Assembly: GCA_965228735.1 (NCBI GenBank)
Contig: OZ245838.1
Span: 3,072,001-3,136,000 of the forward strand
DNA length: 64,000 bases
Direction of reading: 5' to 3'
DNA from: Planctomycetota bacterium
Lineage (GTDB): Bacteria; Planctomycetota; UBA1135; UBA2386
Both the position numbers and the translations under genes were made by a program. Of this stretch, positions 8,717 through 18,299 are shown piece after piece; the first letter of the stretch is position 1; each line of letters opens with the position of its first letter. Under the pieces are notes generated by a model. The model had not been told where the DNA came from. It did no database searches and saw only the letters and a program-made list of their open reading frames with translations.

Positions 8717-11436
8717 ATGGTCCGCGTCGTGTCGACCCCTCGCCTCACGCTCCTGCTCCTCACCGCGGCCATCGCGCTGACGGACGGTGCGGATGCGCAG
8801 GAGGCTACGCTCTGGATCGTGCACACCCGAGCCGGCGAGTCTCGCACCGCGACGTTGCGAGCGGCGCACACGGCGCTGCGCGAAGGCCGCGCCGCACCCG
8901 ACCTCGCCGCCGAGCTGCGCGCCCTGGCAGCCTCGGCTACGACGGCCATCTCCGGACGGCTGGCGACCGCACCCGACAGCCGGGTCGAAGCGACTCTGGC
9001 CTGCCCACCCGCGGTCGTCGTTCGAGCACCTGCCGCGATGCGCCGTGAACTCGCTCGCCGCGCCGACGTCGTGCGCATCGAGCCCGTGCGCACACTCGCC
9101 GGCAACCTCGCGGACGCGACCGGCAGCGGCAACCACAACGTCGAGTTCGTGCACCAGGTTCACGGCCTGCGCGGCGACGGCCAGACGCTCGCGCTCGTCG
9201 ACTCCGGGGTCGAACTGCGGTTCCTCGGCGGCCAGGCGCCGCACCCCGCGTTCCTCGATGGCGCCGGAGTGAGCCGTATCGTGCGCACGTGGTCGAGTCA
9301 CGGCACGGCGTTGCCGCAGCTCACGGACCAGAACGGCCACGGCACCGGCGTCGGCGCCGTCGCGATCGGGCGGCGCTGGTCCAGCGGCTACGCGGCGGAC
9401 GGCTTCGCGCCCGCGGCACAAGTCGCGTCGTATCGCGTCACCGCGGGCAGCAGCCTGCAAACGACGAACGTCGACCTCGCCCTGGCCTACGGGCAGGTGC
9501 TGCTCGACAAGATCGGCGGCCAACCCATCGGCGTGCTCAACTGCAGCTTCTCGGGCAGCCCCGATCCGACGGCGATCGACCAGCGCGCGCTCGACGAGCT
9601 CGCGCTCTGGGGCGACGTCGTGACCGTGACATCGGCGGGCAAACTGTCGCTGCCGCCCAACTACGACTTCGAACCGACCGCGGCGAGTCAGGCCGCGACC
9701 AACGGCATCGCGGTCGGGGCGGTCACCAAGGGCACGCACGTGGTCGCGCCGTTCTCGCCGTTCGGTCCGCTCGCGGGTGACGCGCGCGCGTCTACCCCGA
9801 CGTCGTGGCGGTCGGCCAAGACGTTCGGGTCGCCGATCGCACGAGCAACTCGACCGTGCTCGTGTCGGGCACGAGCTTCGCGGCACCGATGGTCGCGGGC
9901 ACGGCGCTGTTGCTGAGGGAAGCCCGCCCGGACCTCGACGCGACGGCGATCAAGGGCCTGTTGCTCGCGACCGCGACGGACCTCAGCGCGAGGAACCCGA
10001 CGCTCGACGAGCAGCACTTCGGGAACGGACTGCTGCGCAGCGACCGCGCCGTCAGCGCTGCGCTCGCGGGGGCGGCGGCGTTCCCGAACGGTGATCCCGA
10101 CGCGCTCTACGTCCGGCGCGGCAGCCTCGCGGACGGCGCGACGACGACCGTTCGGCTCACGTTGCCCGCGGCGGTCACGGTGAGCGCCGCGCTCGTGTGG
10201 CCGCGGACCGACACGACCGCCGCCGGCAGCGACGACCTCGACCTCGACGTGTTCGCACCCGGGAACGAACTGCGGGCGCGCGGCAACCTGCAACGCAACG
10301 TCCACGAACGCGTGACGTTCACGACGACCGTCGCGGGCGATCACGACTTCGTGATCACGAGCAACCGCGCGCTCGTCGACGACACGAACTGGACGCTGGT
10401 CGTCGTGCGGGCCGACGGTCAGCCGTCGAGCTCGGCCGTGACCGACCTCGGCGGCGGCTGCCTCGGCACGAGCCGCGACATCGCGCGCCACCTCGTGCTC
10501 CCACCGCTGCCGGGCTTCGGCGACAACCGCACGAACAAGCCGCTGACCGACGTGCCGTTGACGTTCCTCACTGCCTACGACGCCGCGAACGTCACCGGCC
10601 CGCGCACCGTCAGCGCCCTCGCGTTTCGGCGCGCCCGAGAGAGCGGCGCCTCGAGCGCACTCGGCGTGCGGCTGCGCATCACGCTCGGTCACACGAGCAA
10701 CCCGATCGACGGCCTGTCGGCCAACCTGCTGAGCAACTTCCTGACCGCGCCGCCCCCCGTCGTCGCCTACGACGACTGGTTCACGCTGCACCCCGCGCCG
10801 GCGGTGCCGCGCACGGACGACTTCGACTTCGTCGTTCCGCTCACGACGCCGTTCCAACTCGACCCTGCGCTCGGCAACGTGCTCGTGCACCTCGAAGTGC
10901 TCGGCAACGATCAGAACAACGCGCCGCAGCCGATCGCGCTCGACGCGGTCACCGTCACTACCGGCACGACGCGCGGCGGACTCGTGCAGGCCGCGGGCTC
11001 ACCGTTCGCGCTCGTCGTCGAGCAACGGCCCGTGATCGCGTTCGTCGACGACCTGCCGCGCGGGCGCACGCCGCGCCTCGCGCTCGCGGGCCGACCGCGA
11101 CTCGACACGACGCCGACCACGACGTTGCGCGACGCGCGCGAGGACGCGCTCACGGCGCTGCTGTTCGGCAGCAGCGCGACCGTGCAGGGCCAACCGTTGC
11201 CGATCGATCTGCAGCCGTTCGGCGCCACGGGCTGCGCGATCACCGCGGCGCCGGATGAAGTCGCGTTCGTCGTCACGGACGCGAGCGGCGCCGTCACGAT
11301 CGAGCTGCCGCTGCCGAACGATCCGCAGTTGCTCGCGCTGCGCGTTCGCGTTCAGTGCCTGACGCTCGACGCCGCGGCGAACGCCCCCGGCCTCACGACG
11401 AGCAACGGCCTCGAACTCCTGCTCGGCGGCCCCTGA
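8717..11436 (+). pseudogene. Secreted S8 (subtilisin-family) serine protease with PPC-like and C-terminal domains, split by a frameshift near 9781-9790
   Basis: Signal peptide; catalytic Asp (LVDSG) and His (NGHGTGV) lie in the first frame (ORF to 9916), catalytic Ser (SGTSFAAPMVAG) in the second (9805-11436). Frames switch inside cgcgcgcgcg. May be an assembly error rather than a true pseudogene. Confidence 0.8.
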
Positions 11437-11491
11437 TGGTATCCTCCGCGGCGCGCATTCCAGGCCCGTCCGAGCCGCGCAAGGAGAGCCA

Positions 11492-12457
11492 TTGACGACC
11501 GAACCGATCGCCGCGCCGGCCCAGAGCGACAAAGGGCCGCGGGTGCACCGCGACAGCGTGCTGGCCATGGCCACGGCCGGAGTCGTCGCGTTCGTGGCGA
11601 TCGGCCTCGCCTCCCGCTCGATACTGTTCCAGCTCGCCTACTTCACCACGCCGGCAGCCTACGGGTTCTTCGCGATCACCTATGCCGCGATGCATCCACG
11701 CCGGCGCCGTCGTCGTGCGAGCCGCGTCATGATGGTGCTCGCCGCCGTGCCACTCGCCCTCGGGGTGTACACGGCGCTGCAGCAACGCTGGTCCGAGGTC
11801 ACGCTCGTCACGAGCCTCGTAGCGTACGGGCTCGGACCGATCGGCGTCCTCGTCGCGCTGTTTCTCGAGCTGCGCAGCGGCCCGCCGACGGCGGCCGATC
11901 GCGAGCGCGCCGGGCCAGTGGGCTGGTGGCGTGCTGCGGTGCTGTTTGCCTGCGGGCTGACGTCATTCGCCGCCAGCGGTCTCGGCGTCATTCTAGCGTT
12001 CGCGGTGATCCCTGCCGTCACGCTGGTCGCCCTCACCGCGATCCACGGCTGCCGCGGCCGCGCGGCGCAGTTCGCGATCGCAACACTGATCGGGTTCGGC
12101 CTGGCCTGGCTGGGCGCGACCTGGAACGAAGTCCGCCTCGACTGGAGTGACCCCGACGCGGTCGCGGCGTGGGAGCTGGCCTACGGCGCGTATCTCGACG
12201 AGCCCTACCGTACGGCGGTCGTCACCGGCTTCCCGATCCACGGGATCCAGGTCGGCCGTGGGCCAATCGAGTTCCTCGCGCCCGCGAAGGGACTCGGCAT
12301 CCTCGTTGCCAACTACCTGCTGTGCGTGACCGGCGCAGCCCTGCTCGTCCTGCTCGTCAACCGCTTCCGCCAACCCTTCCTGATCACGATCGTTGCCGCC
12401 ATCTCATTCGTCGCCGGCGGCTACGGTGGCTGGAAGCTGCTAGGCCCGCTCTCCTGA
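11492..12457 (+). CDS. Hypothetical polytopic membrane protein, paralogue 1 of tandem triplet
   Basis: AAGGAG RBS before TTG; many hydrophobic helices; shared motif VTGFPIHGI...KGLGILVANY. Confidence 0.8.
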   Translation: MTTEPIAAPAQSDKGPRVHRDSVLAMATAGVVAFVAIGLASRSILFQLAYFTTPAAYGFFAITYAAMHPRRRRRRASRVMMVLAAVPLALGVYTALQQRWSEVTLVTSLVAYGLGPIGVLVALFLELRSGPPTAADRERAGPVGWWRAAVLFACGLTSFAASGLGVILAFAVIPAVTLVALTAIHGCRGRAAQFAIATLIGFGLAWLGATWNEVRLDWSDPDAVAAWELAYGAYLDEPYRTAVVTGFPIHGIQVGRGPIEFLAPAKGLGILVANYLLCVTGAALLVLLVNRFRQPFLITIVAAISFVAGGYGGWKLLGPLS

Positions 12458-13561
12458 TTGCGCACCTGCCGACACCAGCCACGACGATGACCACGACCGC
12501 CACCAGCGAACTCCCGTCCGAACGCGCCTCGTTGTCGCGCGAATCCCTGCTGCGGGTCGCCGCGGTCGCGATCGTCGCGGTCGCGGCGATCGGAGTGAGC
12601 TTGCGAGCGGCGCTGCCATTGGCCTACTCCTTCGCCCACTTCGTCACCCCACCGGCCTACGCGCTCGTCGCGACAGGTTTCGTCACGCTTCATCCGCGCC
12701 TGCGCGGTCATCGCGGAGCTCGCCTGGCGCTGTCCACGGCCGGTGTCCTACTACTTCTCGGGGTGATCAGTCAGGCGGCCTCCCCCTGGATCGGGTTCGG
12801 CATCGCCGCAAAGATCGTGTCAGCGGTCTCGTTCCTGTTCGCCCTGATCAGCCTGATCGGAGCTCCGATCATCGAAGTGCGCAGCGGGCCGACACCCTCG
12901 AGTGGATCCGAGCCGCGCGCGGCGGCCGGGTGGCCGCGGGTCATCCTGCTGTTTCTGGTTGCGTTCGCCTGCTTCGCTGTCAGCGGCGTCAACGTGCTGC
13001 TCACGCTCGCGCTCCTCCCCATGATCGTGCTCTTGGCGCTGCCCACGATCCATGGCTGCCGCGGAACGACAGCGCGTCTGGCCCTCGCGACGCTGGTCGG
13101 CTTTGGCGTGGCCTGGCTCGGTGTCGCGATGAACGTGACCCGCTTTGCCTATGGCGATACGGCGTCGGCGCTCGCCTGGGAGGCCAGGTTCGCTGCCACC
13201 GACGAGCACTTCAAGACGCTGATGGTCACGGGCTTCCCGCTCCAAGGCATCGAAGGCCACGGCGAGGGCGGCGCGCGCGATTACCTACCGTTTCAAAAGG
13301 GGCTCGGCATCCTGGTGGCAAACTTCGTCCTGTGCGTGACCGGGGCCGGCCTGCTCGGTCTGCTCTTGGTGCGCTTCCGCCAGTCCCTCGCAATCGCGAT
13401 CGCGGCGGCTTTCGCGTTGGTCGCGGGTGGCATCGGCGCCTGGCACCTGCTCGTCATGCTCGACTGATTGCGCTCGTTCCGACACCAGCCACGACGATGA
13501 CCACGACCGCCGCCAGCGAACTCCCGTCCGAACGCGCCTCGTTGTCGCGCGAATCCCTGCT
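12454..13561 (+). repeat. Two ~98-bp direct repeats (12454-12551 and 13464-13561) covering the intergenic spacer and first ~21 codons of paralogues 2 and 3
   Basis: Direct comparison: 4 mismatches in 98 bp; offset exactly 1010 bp. Confidence 0.92.
12487..13467 (+). CDS. Hypothetical polytopic membrane protein, paralogue 2
   Basis: Start reassigned to ATG 12487 (MTTTATSELPSERAS); motif TDEHFKTLMVTGFPLQGIEGHGEGGARDYLPFQKGLGILVANF. Confidence 0.85.
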   Translation: MTTTATSELPSERASLSRESLLRVAAVAIVAVAAIGVSLRAALPLAYSFAHFVTPPAYALVATGFVTLHPRLRGHRGARLALSTAGVLLLLGVISQAASPWIGFGIAAKIVSAVSFLFALISLIGAPIIEVRSGPTPSSGSEPRAAAGWPRVILLFLVAFACFAVSGVNVLLTLALLPMIVLLALPTIHGCRGTTARLALATLVGFGVAWLGVAMNVTRFAYGDTASALAWEARFAATDEHFKTLMVTGFPLQGIEGHGEGGARDYLPFQKGLGILVANFVLCVTGAGLLGLLLVRFRQSLAIAIAAAFALVAGGIGAWHLLVMLD

Positions 13562-14462
13562 CAGGATCGCTGCGGTCGCGATTGCCACGCTCGCGGTGAT
13601 CGGGGCGAGCTGGCGCCCGGCCCTCTCGATCGCGTACTTCCTCACACCCCCAGCCTATGCGCTCGCCGCGATCGGCTTCGTCACACTGCACCCGCGGTTG
13701 CGCGGCAACGAGACAGCTCGCCGGGCGCTGTTCGCGGCGAGCTCGGTGCTGCTCCTCGCAATGGCCATCCTGGCCACGGCACCCTGGGCGGGCTACGGCA
13801 TCGCAGCCATCGTGGCGCTGGTCTCGCCCGCGTTCTGCCTGGTCAGCCTGACCGGCTCCTTGTTCACCGAGGTGCAGAACGGGCCGTCACGTGGACCCGA
13901 GACGCCGCCGCCCACCGCGACCGGCTGGCGGCGGGCCTTCCTGGTGCTCGGCTGCGCATTCGCGTGCTTCGCTGCCAACGGCATCAGCGTGGTCCTCTCG
14001 CTCTTGATCGTTCCCCTGGTCGTGCTCTTCGCGCTTCCCGCGATCCACAACTGCCACGGAGCAGCGGCGCGCCTGGTCGTCGCGACCCTGATCGGCTTCG
14101 CCGCAGCGTGGCTCTTCGTGGCGACGAACGAAACCCGAATCGACTGGAGCGACACGACCGCGGCTCTGCAGTGGCAGGCCACCTACTCGGCGACGGACGA
14201 GCACTACAAGACGTTGATGGTCACGGGATTCCCGATCCACGGCATCGAAGGCCACGGCGGCGGCGGCGCGCGGGAGTATCTGCCGTTCGAGAAGGGCCTC
14301 GGAGTCCTGCTGGCCAACTTCGCACTGTGCGTAGTCGGCGCGGGACTGCTCGACCTGTTCTACAGGCGCGACCGCCATGCCGGCGCCATCGGGATCGCCG
14401 CCGCAATAGCGCTGGTGGCCGGAGTCTTCGGCTGCTGGCAACTGGTCGTCATGCTCGACTGA
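13497..14462 (+). CDS. Hypothetical polytopic membrane protein, paralogue 3
   Basis: Start reassigned to ATG 13497 (MTTTAASELPSERAS); motif TDEHYKTLMVTGFPIHGIEGHGGGGAREYLPFEKGLGVLLANF; same C-terminal VMLD as paralogue 2. Confidence 0.85.
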   Translation: MTTTAASELPSERASLSRESLLRIAAVAIATLAVIGASWRPALSIAYFLTPPAYALAAIGFVTLHPRLRGNETARRALFAASSVLLLAMAILATAPWAGYGIAAIVALVSPAFCLVSLTGSLFTEVQNGPSRGPETPPPTATGWRRAFLVLGCAFACFAANGISVVLSLLIVPLVVLFALPAIHNCHGAAARLVVATLIGFAAAWLFVATNETRIDWSDTTAALQWQATYSATDEHYKTLMVTGFPIHGIEGHGGGGAREYLPFEKGLGVLLANFALCVVGAGLLDLFYRRDRHAGAIGIAAAIALVAGVFGCWQLVVMLD

Positions 14463-14479
14463 CGGGACTGCGGGCCACG

Positions 14480-14878
14480 TCAGGCGCGGAGTTCGTCCGG
14501 CAGGCGCTGCACCTTGCCCTTTGGACTGACGCACGCGAGCTTCGTGTGGCCCGTGGCGCAGACGACGCCGTCGTGTTCGCGGCGGCATTCATAGGCGAGC
14601 GTGACCCAGACCTTGGAGCTCTCGGCGACGCGCACGCGAATCTCGACGACGTCGTCGTAGTCGACGGGTTTGTGGTAGCTGCACTGCCAATCGACGATCT
14701 GCAGCAGGAAGCCGGCGTCCTCGATCTCGCGGTAGGTGCGGCCGCGCGCACGCATCCACTCGGTGCGCGCCTCCTCGAACCACGCCACGTAGCTGCCGTG
14801 GTGCGCGACCGCCATGCGGTCGGTCTCGCAGTAGCGCACGCGGACGCGGTGCGTGGGAGGGCCGTCGAACTCCGTCAT
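14480..14878 (-). CDS. Acyl-CoA thioesterase (YbgC/4HBT hot-dog family)
   Basis: VRVRYCETDRMAVAHHGSYVAWFEEARTEW motif; ATGA overlap with the upstream dehydrogenase. Confidence 0.9.
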   Translation of the reverse strand: MTEFDGPPTHRVRVRYCETDRMAVAHHGSYVAWFEEARTEWMRARGRTYREIEDAGFLLQIVDWQCSYHKPVDYDDVVEIRVRVAESSKVWVTLAYECRREHDGVVCATGHTKLACVSPKGKVQRLPDELRA

Positions 14879-15921
14879 GCCTCTTCGTTACGGCGTGCGC
14901 GCGCCGCGGCAAGGCGTTCGTCGGCAATCCGGAGCGCGACCGTGGCCGGCGGCTCCCCGGACGCCTTCGCGTCGTCGAGGATCTGCCCGGCGGTCCGGCC
15001 GATCCGCCGGACGCGATCGAGGCCGACCGGTTGACCGAGGTTGAACGACGCGCCGAGAACGAGCGCGCCTGCGTTGGCCACGAAGTCCGGAACGGCGAGC
15101 ACGCCGCGGTCGTGCAGGGTCGCAGCTGCGCTCGAGGCCGCGAAGATGTTGTTCGCGGCACCGCACACGCCGCGGGCCGGCAACTCGGCCGCCAGCTGAT
15201 CGTCGATCACGCCGCCGAGCGCGCACGGCGCGAACACGTCGCATGCCCGCCGCGAGAGGTCGCCCACGGGCACGACCTCGGCAGCGAAACGATCGCGCGC
15301 GGCCGCGGCCCGTGCCGCCACCGGATCGCAGACGCGCAGCACCGCGCCATCGGCGTGCAGCAGATGGCAGAGCTGCATGCCGACCGCGCCGAGACCCTGC
15401 ACGTTCACGACGAGGCCGCGCCGATCGAGCGCGAGCCGCTCCGCGAGCGCCCCGATGGCGGCGGCGACCCCGGTGGCCGTCGCGACCGCGAGATCGCCCG
15501 GGCCGCGATCCGGGTCGCCGGTCGCCACGGACGACGTCACCGACTCGACGACCCGCAGATCGTCGATCGACGTGCCGACGTCCGGGCCGGTGAAGAAGCG
15601 CCCGGCGAGCCGCTCGACCGCCCGCCCGATGAGCCGATACCCGGCCGCGACATCGAGGCCGGGGTGATCCACCAGCACGGCCTTGCCACCCCCCGCCGCG
15701 ACCTCGGCGAGCGCGCACTTCCGGCTCATCGCCTGCGCCAGCGCGACCACGTCGGCCGCGGCAGCGGCGAGATCGGGGTAGGGCAGGCGCCGGATCCCGC
15801 CGTGCGCGGGCCCGAGGCTCGTGTCGTGCAGCGCGATGATCGCGACGGCCTCGGCGCGGCGATCGCGCAGGACCAGCACCTCCTCGCAATCCGCCGCCGC
15901 GAGCACATCGACAGAAGTCAT
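14875..15921 (-). CDS. Glu/Leu/Phe/Val amino-acid dehydrogenase (Leu/Val/Phe DH-like)
   Basis: IALHDTSLGPAHGGIR, AMSRK, GGGKAV, DVGT, VQGLGAVG, FAPCALGG, GAANN, PDFVANAG; start ATG 15921. Confidence 0.92.
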   Translation of the reverse strand: MTSVDVLAAADCEEVLVLRDRRAEAVAIIALHDTSLGPAHGGIRRLPYPDLAAAAADVVALAQAMSRKCALAEVAAGGGKAVLVDHPGLDVAAGYRLIGRAVERLAGRFFTGPDVGTSIDDLRVVESVTSSVATGDPDRGPGDLAVATATGVAAAIGALAERLALDRRGLVVNVQGLGAVGMQLCHLLHADGAVLRVCDPVAARAAAARDRFAAEVVPVGDLSRRACDVFAPCALGGVIDDQLAAELPARGVCGAANNIFAASSAAATLHDRGVLAVPDFVANAGALVLGASFNLGQPVGLDRVRRIGRTAGQILDDAKASGEPPATVALRIADERLAAARARRNEEA

Positions 15922-15990
15922 CGAGCAGATTCTGGCGCCGAGCGGGAATGCTGGGAAGGATTGAGGCTCACGACCCTCCAAGGACCCGCA

Positions 15991-17016
15991 ATGAAGGCAC
16001 CGTTCATTCTGCTGCTGCTGCTATCCGCCGCCTCGTTCACCGGCTGCGCGACCGGCCCGAGCGACCCGCTGCAGGGCGTCAATCGGGTCGCCGTGCCCGA
16101 CGAGGCCGCCCGCCAGAAGGCGCTCGCCGAGGCGGACAAGCAGCGCCGCAAGTTCGAGACCGTGCTCATCAAGCTCGATCAGGCGATGGAGACCTACGCC
16201 CAGGCGCTCGCCAACCGCGGCTCGCCGCGCGCCGACACCCAGGCCGAGAACGTCGAGAAGCTGATCCGGGACCTCGTGACCGATCGCGGCAGCCAGGTGT
16301 TCCGCAAGCCGGTCAACGCGGAGGACGCCAAGCTCGAGAGGGTGAACGAAGCGCCGACCAACTACTTCGAGCGGCTGCGCGCCGCGGCGATCGACGGCAC
16401 CCACCCGCACTACCAGGGCATCGCACTCGCGGCCCTCGGCTTCTCGGCGCGCGACGACGTGATGCCGATCATCCTGCAGGGCGCGCAACTCGACGATCCG
16501 CTGCTCGTCGATCGCGCGATCTTCGGCCTCGCGATCCTGCGCGCGCCCGACACGCCGCCCGGCGTCATCGGCGCGGTCATCGACGATCGGGACGCGAGCG
16601 ACAACAGTCGAGCGGCCGCGGCCTGGGCGCTGTATCGGCTGCAGGAGCGCAGCAACCGCGAGAGTGAGATCGTCGAGATCTGGCGCCGCCTCGCGGGCCG
16701 CGGCCCGGGCGCCGTTCCGGCCGGCGCGCTCGTGCAGGCGCTGCGCGGCCTCGGGCTGACGCGCGACAAGAAGCACGCCGGCCTCGTCGCGCCGTTCCTC
16801 GACAACAACGTGCCGCTGCTGCGCATGGCGGCGGCGGGCGCGCTCGCACGGATGAATGCGCAGGAGCACGCGCCGGAGATCATCGACCTGCTCGGGCCGG
16901 CCGAGAGCGTGCCGAACGTGCGCCTGCACGCCCGCAAGGCCCTGCAGGCGCTTGCCGGCGACCTCGACTACGGCTACGACGTAGATGCGTGGCGCAAGGC
17001 GTTCGAACGCAAGTAG
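15991..17016 (+). CDS. HEAT/PBS-lyase-like repeat lipoprotein
   Basis: Start ATG 15991 after AGGA; lipobox SFTGC; helical repeats (AAAAWALY, ALRGLG, RMAAAGALAR, RLHARKALQAL). Confidence 0.8.
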   Translation: MKAPFILLLLLSAASFTGCATGPSDPLQGVNRVAVPDEAARQKALAEADKQRRKFETVLIKLDQAMETYAQALANRGSPRADTQAENVEKLIRDLVTDRGSQVFRKPVNAEDAKLERVNEAPTNYFERLRAAAIDGTHPHYQGIALAALGFSARDDVMPIILQGAQLDDPLLVDRAIFGLAILRAPDTPPGVIGAVIDDRDASDNSRAAAAWALYRLQERSNRESEIVEIWRRLAGRGPGAVPAGALVQALRGLGLTRDKKHAGLVAPFLDNNVPLLRMAAAGALARMNAQEHAPEIIDLLGPAESVPNVRLHARKALQALAGDLDYGYDVDAWRKAFERK

Positions 17017-18299
17017 CGGCGAGCCTGCTCGCCGTCACCTTGTTGAGCGCGGGCTGTGATGATGCCCGCGGCGCCGGCGGTGCAGCCGGCCCGAATGGAG
17101 CTGGCTCGAATGGAGCTGGCTCGAATGGGGCTGGCTCGAATGGGGCTGGCTCGAATGGGGCTGGCGCGCAGCACGCGGTGGATCCGCAGCCGCCGGTCGT
17201 CGATCTGGCCGCGATCCCCGATGCCGAACTCGTCGACCGCGTGCTCGCGACCTGCCATGGACCGCTGCGCGGCGACATGGATCGCGTGCAGGTGCGGTTG
17301 ACGCTCGGCGACGGCACGCGCATCGACGCCCACGCCGACCTGCCGGACAAGCTGCGGGTCGTGAGCGAGCAGGGCGCGTTCCTGCTCACGGCCGCCGGCG
17401 CGTTCGGGCTCGGCGCCGCACCGCGCCGGGCAACGGAGGAGGAACGGGGCTGGCTCGAGCAACTGCGCGGGCTCACCGACGCAGCGGCGCTCGGGCCGTT
17501 GCAGCGCGCGACCGGCTGCGAGCGCGCGGCCGACGGAACGTTTCGAATCGCACAGCCGGGTGGCGAGGTGATCGAACTGCGCCTGCGGAAGGACACGCTG
17601 CTGCCCGCGCGCGTCGGTGATGTGACGATCGTGGATCACCTGCGCACCTCGGCGGCGTGGATCACGCAGACCGCCGACCATCCGGTTCTCGGCCGGGTGC
17701 AGGTCTACTTCGAGAACGCCGACGTGCGCCACGCCGCGGACTTCTTCACGCCCCCCGATCTCGGCGACAACGCGACGACGAAGGATCCGGGGACCGGCAC
17801 GCCGCGCATCCGGGTGGGCGGCCCCGAGAAGCCCGCAACGCCGATCGCGCGCGTTGCCAAGGCGACGCGCTGGCTGCTGCTGCCCGACCCCGGCGACTGG
17901 GAGGCGCGTCACGCGATCTACACCCCGGAGCACGACCGTCTCGTCGCCCAGGACCAACGCATCGCGGGCTTCCCGATCTTCGCGATGATCGACGGCAAAC
18001 CCCGGCTGGCCGTGCCGTTCCGCCAGCGCCCCGGCGGGCCGGCAGCGACGCTGCCGAACGACGCCGAGGTGCACGAGCTCGACCGCGGCCGCGAACTCGA
18101 GGTCTACCCACAGGGCGGCGATCTCGCGACGAAGCGCGCCGCCGGCGAGCGCGCGTTGCGCGCCTACCTCGATGCCAACGGTCTCGAGGCCATCGGCCCG
18201 ATCGCGTGCCAGCCGTACGTGCACCTGCACGAGGGCACGCCGGACGCGGCCAGGCTGCGAGACGTGAAGGTGCGGATGTCCGTGCGGATAGGTCAGTGA
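16989..18299 (+). CDS. Hypothetical lipoprotein with NGAGS tandem-repeat linker and possible C-terminal GyrI-like ligand-binding domain
   Basis: Lipobox LSAGC; C-terminus ALRAYLDANGLEAIGP..QPY...KVRMSVRI resembles the end of GyrI-like domains; start uncertain (overlaps upstream gene by 28 nt). Confidence 0.65.
   Translation: MAQGVRTQVAASLLAVTLLSAGCDDARGAGGAAGPNGAGSNGAGSNGAGSNGAGSNGAGAQHAVDPQPPVVDLAAIPDAELVDRVLATCHGPLRGDMDRVQVRLTLGDGTRIDAHADLPDKLRVVSEQGAFLLTAAGAFGLGAAPRRATEEERGWLEQLRGLTDAAALGPLQRATGCERAADGTFRIAQPGGEVIELRLRKDTLLPARVGDVTIVDHLRTSAAWITQTADHPVLGRVQVYFENADVRHAADFFTPPDLGDNATTKDPGTGTPRIRVGGPEKPATPIARVAKATRWLLLPDPGDWEARHAIYTPEHDRLVAQDQRIAGFPIFAMIDGKPRLAVPFRQRPGGPAATLPNDAEVHELDRGRELEVYPQGGDLATKRAAGERALRAYLDANGLEAIGPIACQPYVHLHEGTPDAARLRDVKVRMSVRIGQ
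17092..17165 (+). repeat. 15-bp tandem repeat x5 (CGAATGGRGCTGGCT) encoding NGAGS repeats
   Basis: Read directly: two copies with GGAG, three with GGGG (last copy 14 bp). Confidence 0.95.

Noticed and set aside
11492..14462. Diversity-generating retroelement, shufflon or integron explanation for the paralogue array
   Set aside because: No reverse transcriptase, invertase or integrase in the window; differences are not adenine-specific; no attC-like palindromes seen in the 29-nt spacers.
17092..17165. Short repeats as a possible CRISPR array (also 54791-54834 and 63390-63425)
   Set aside because: Repeats are directly adjacent with no unique spacers, and no cas genes are present.
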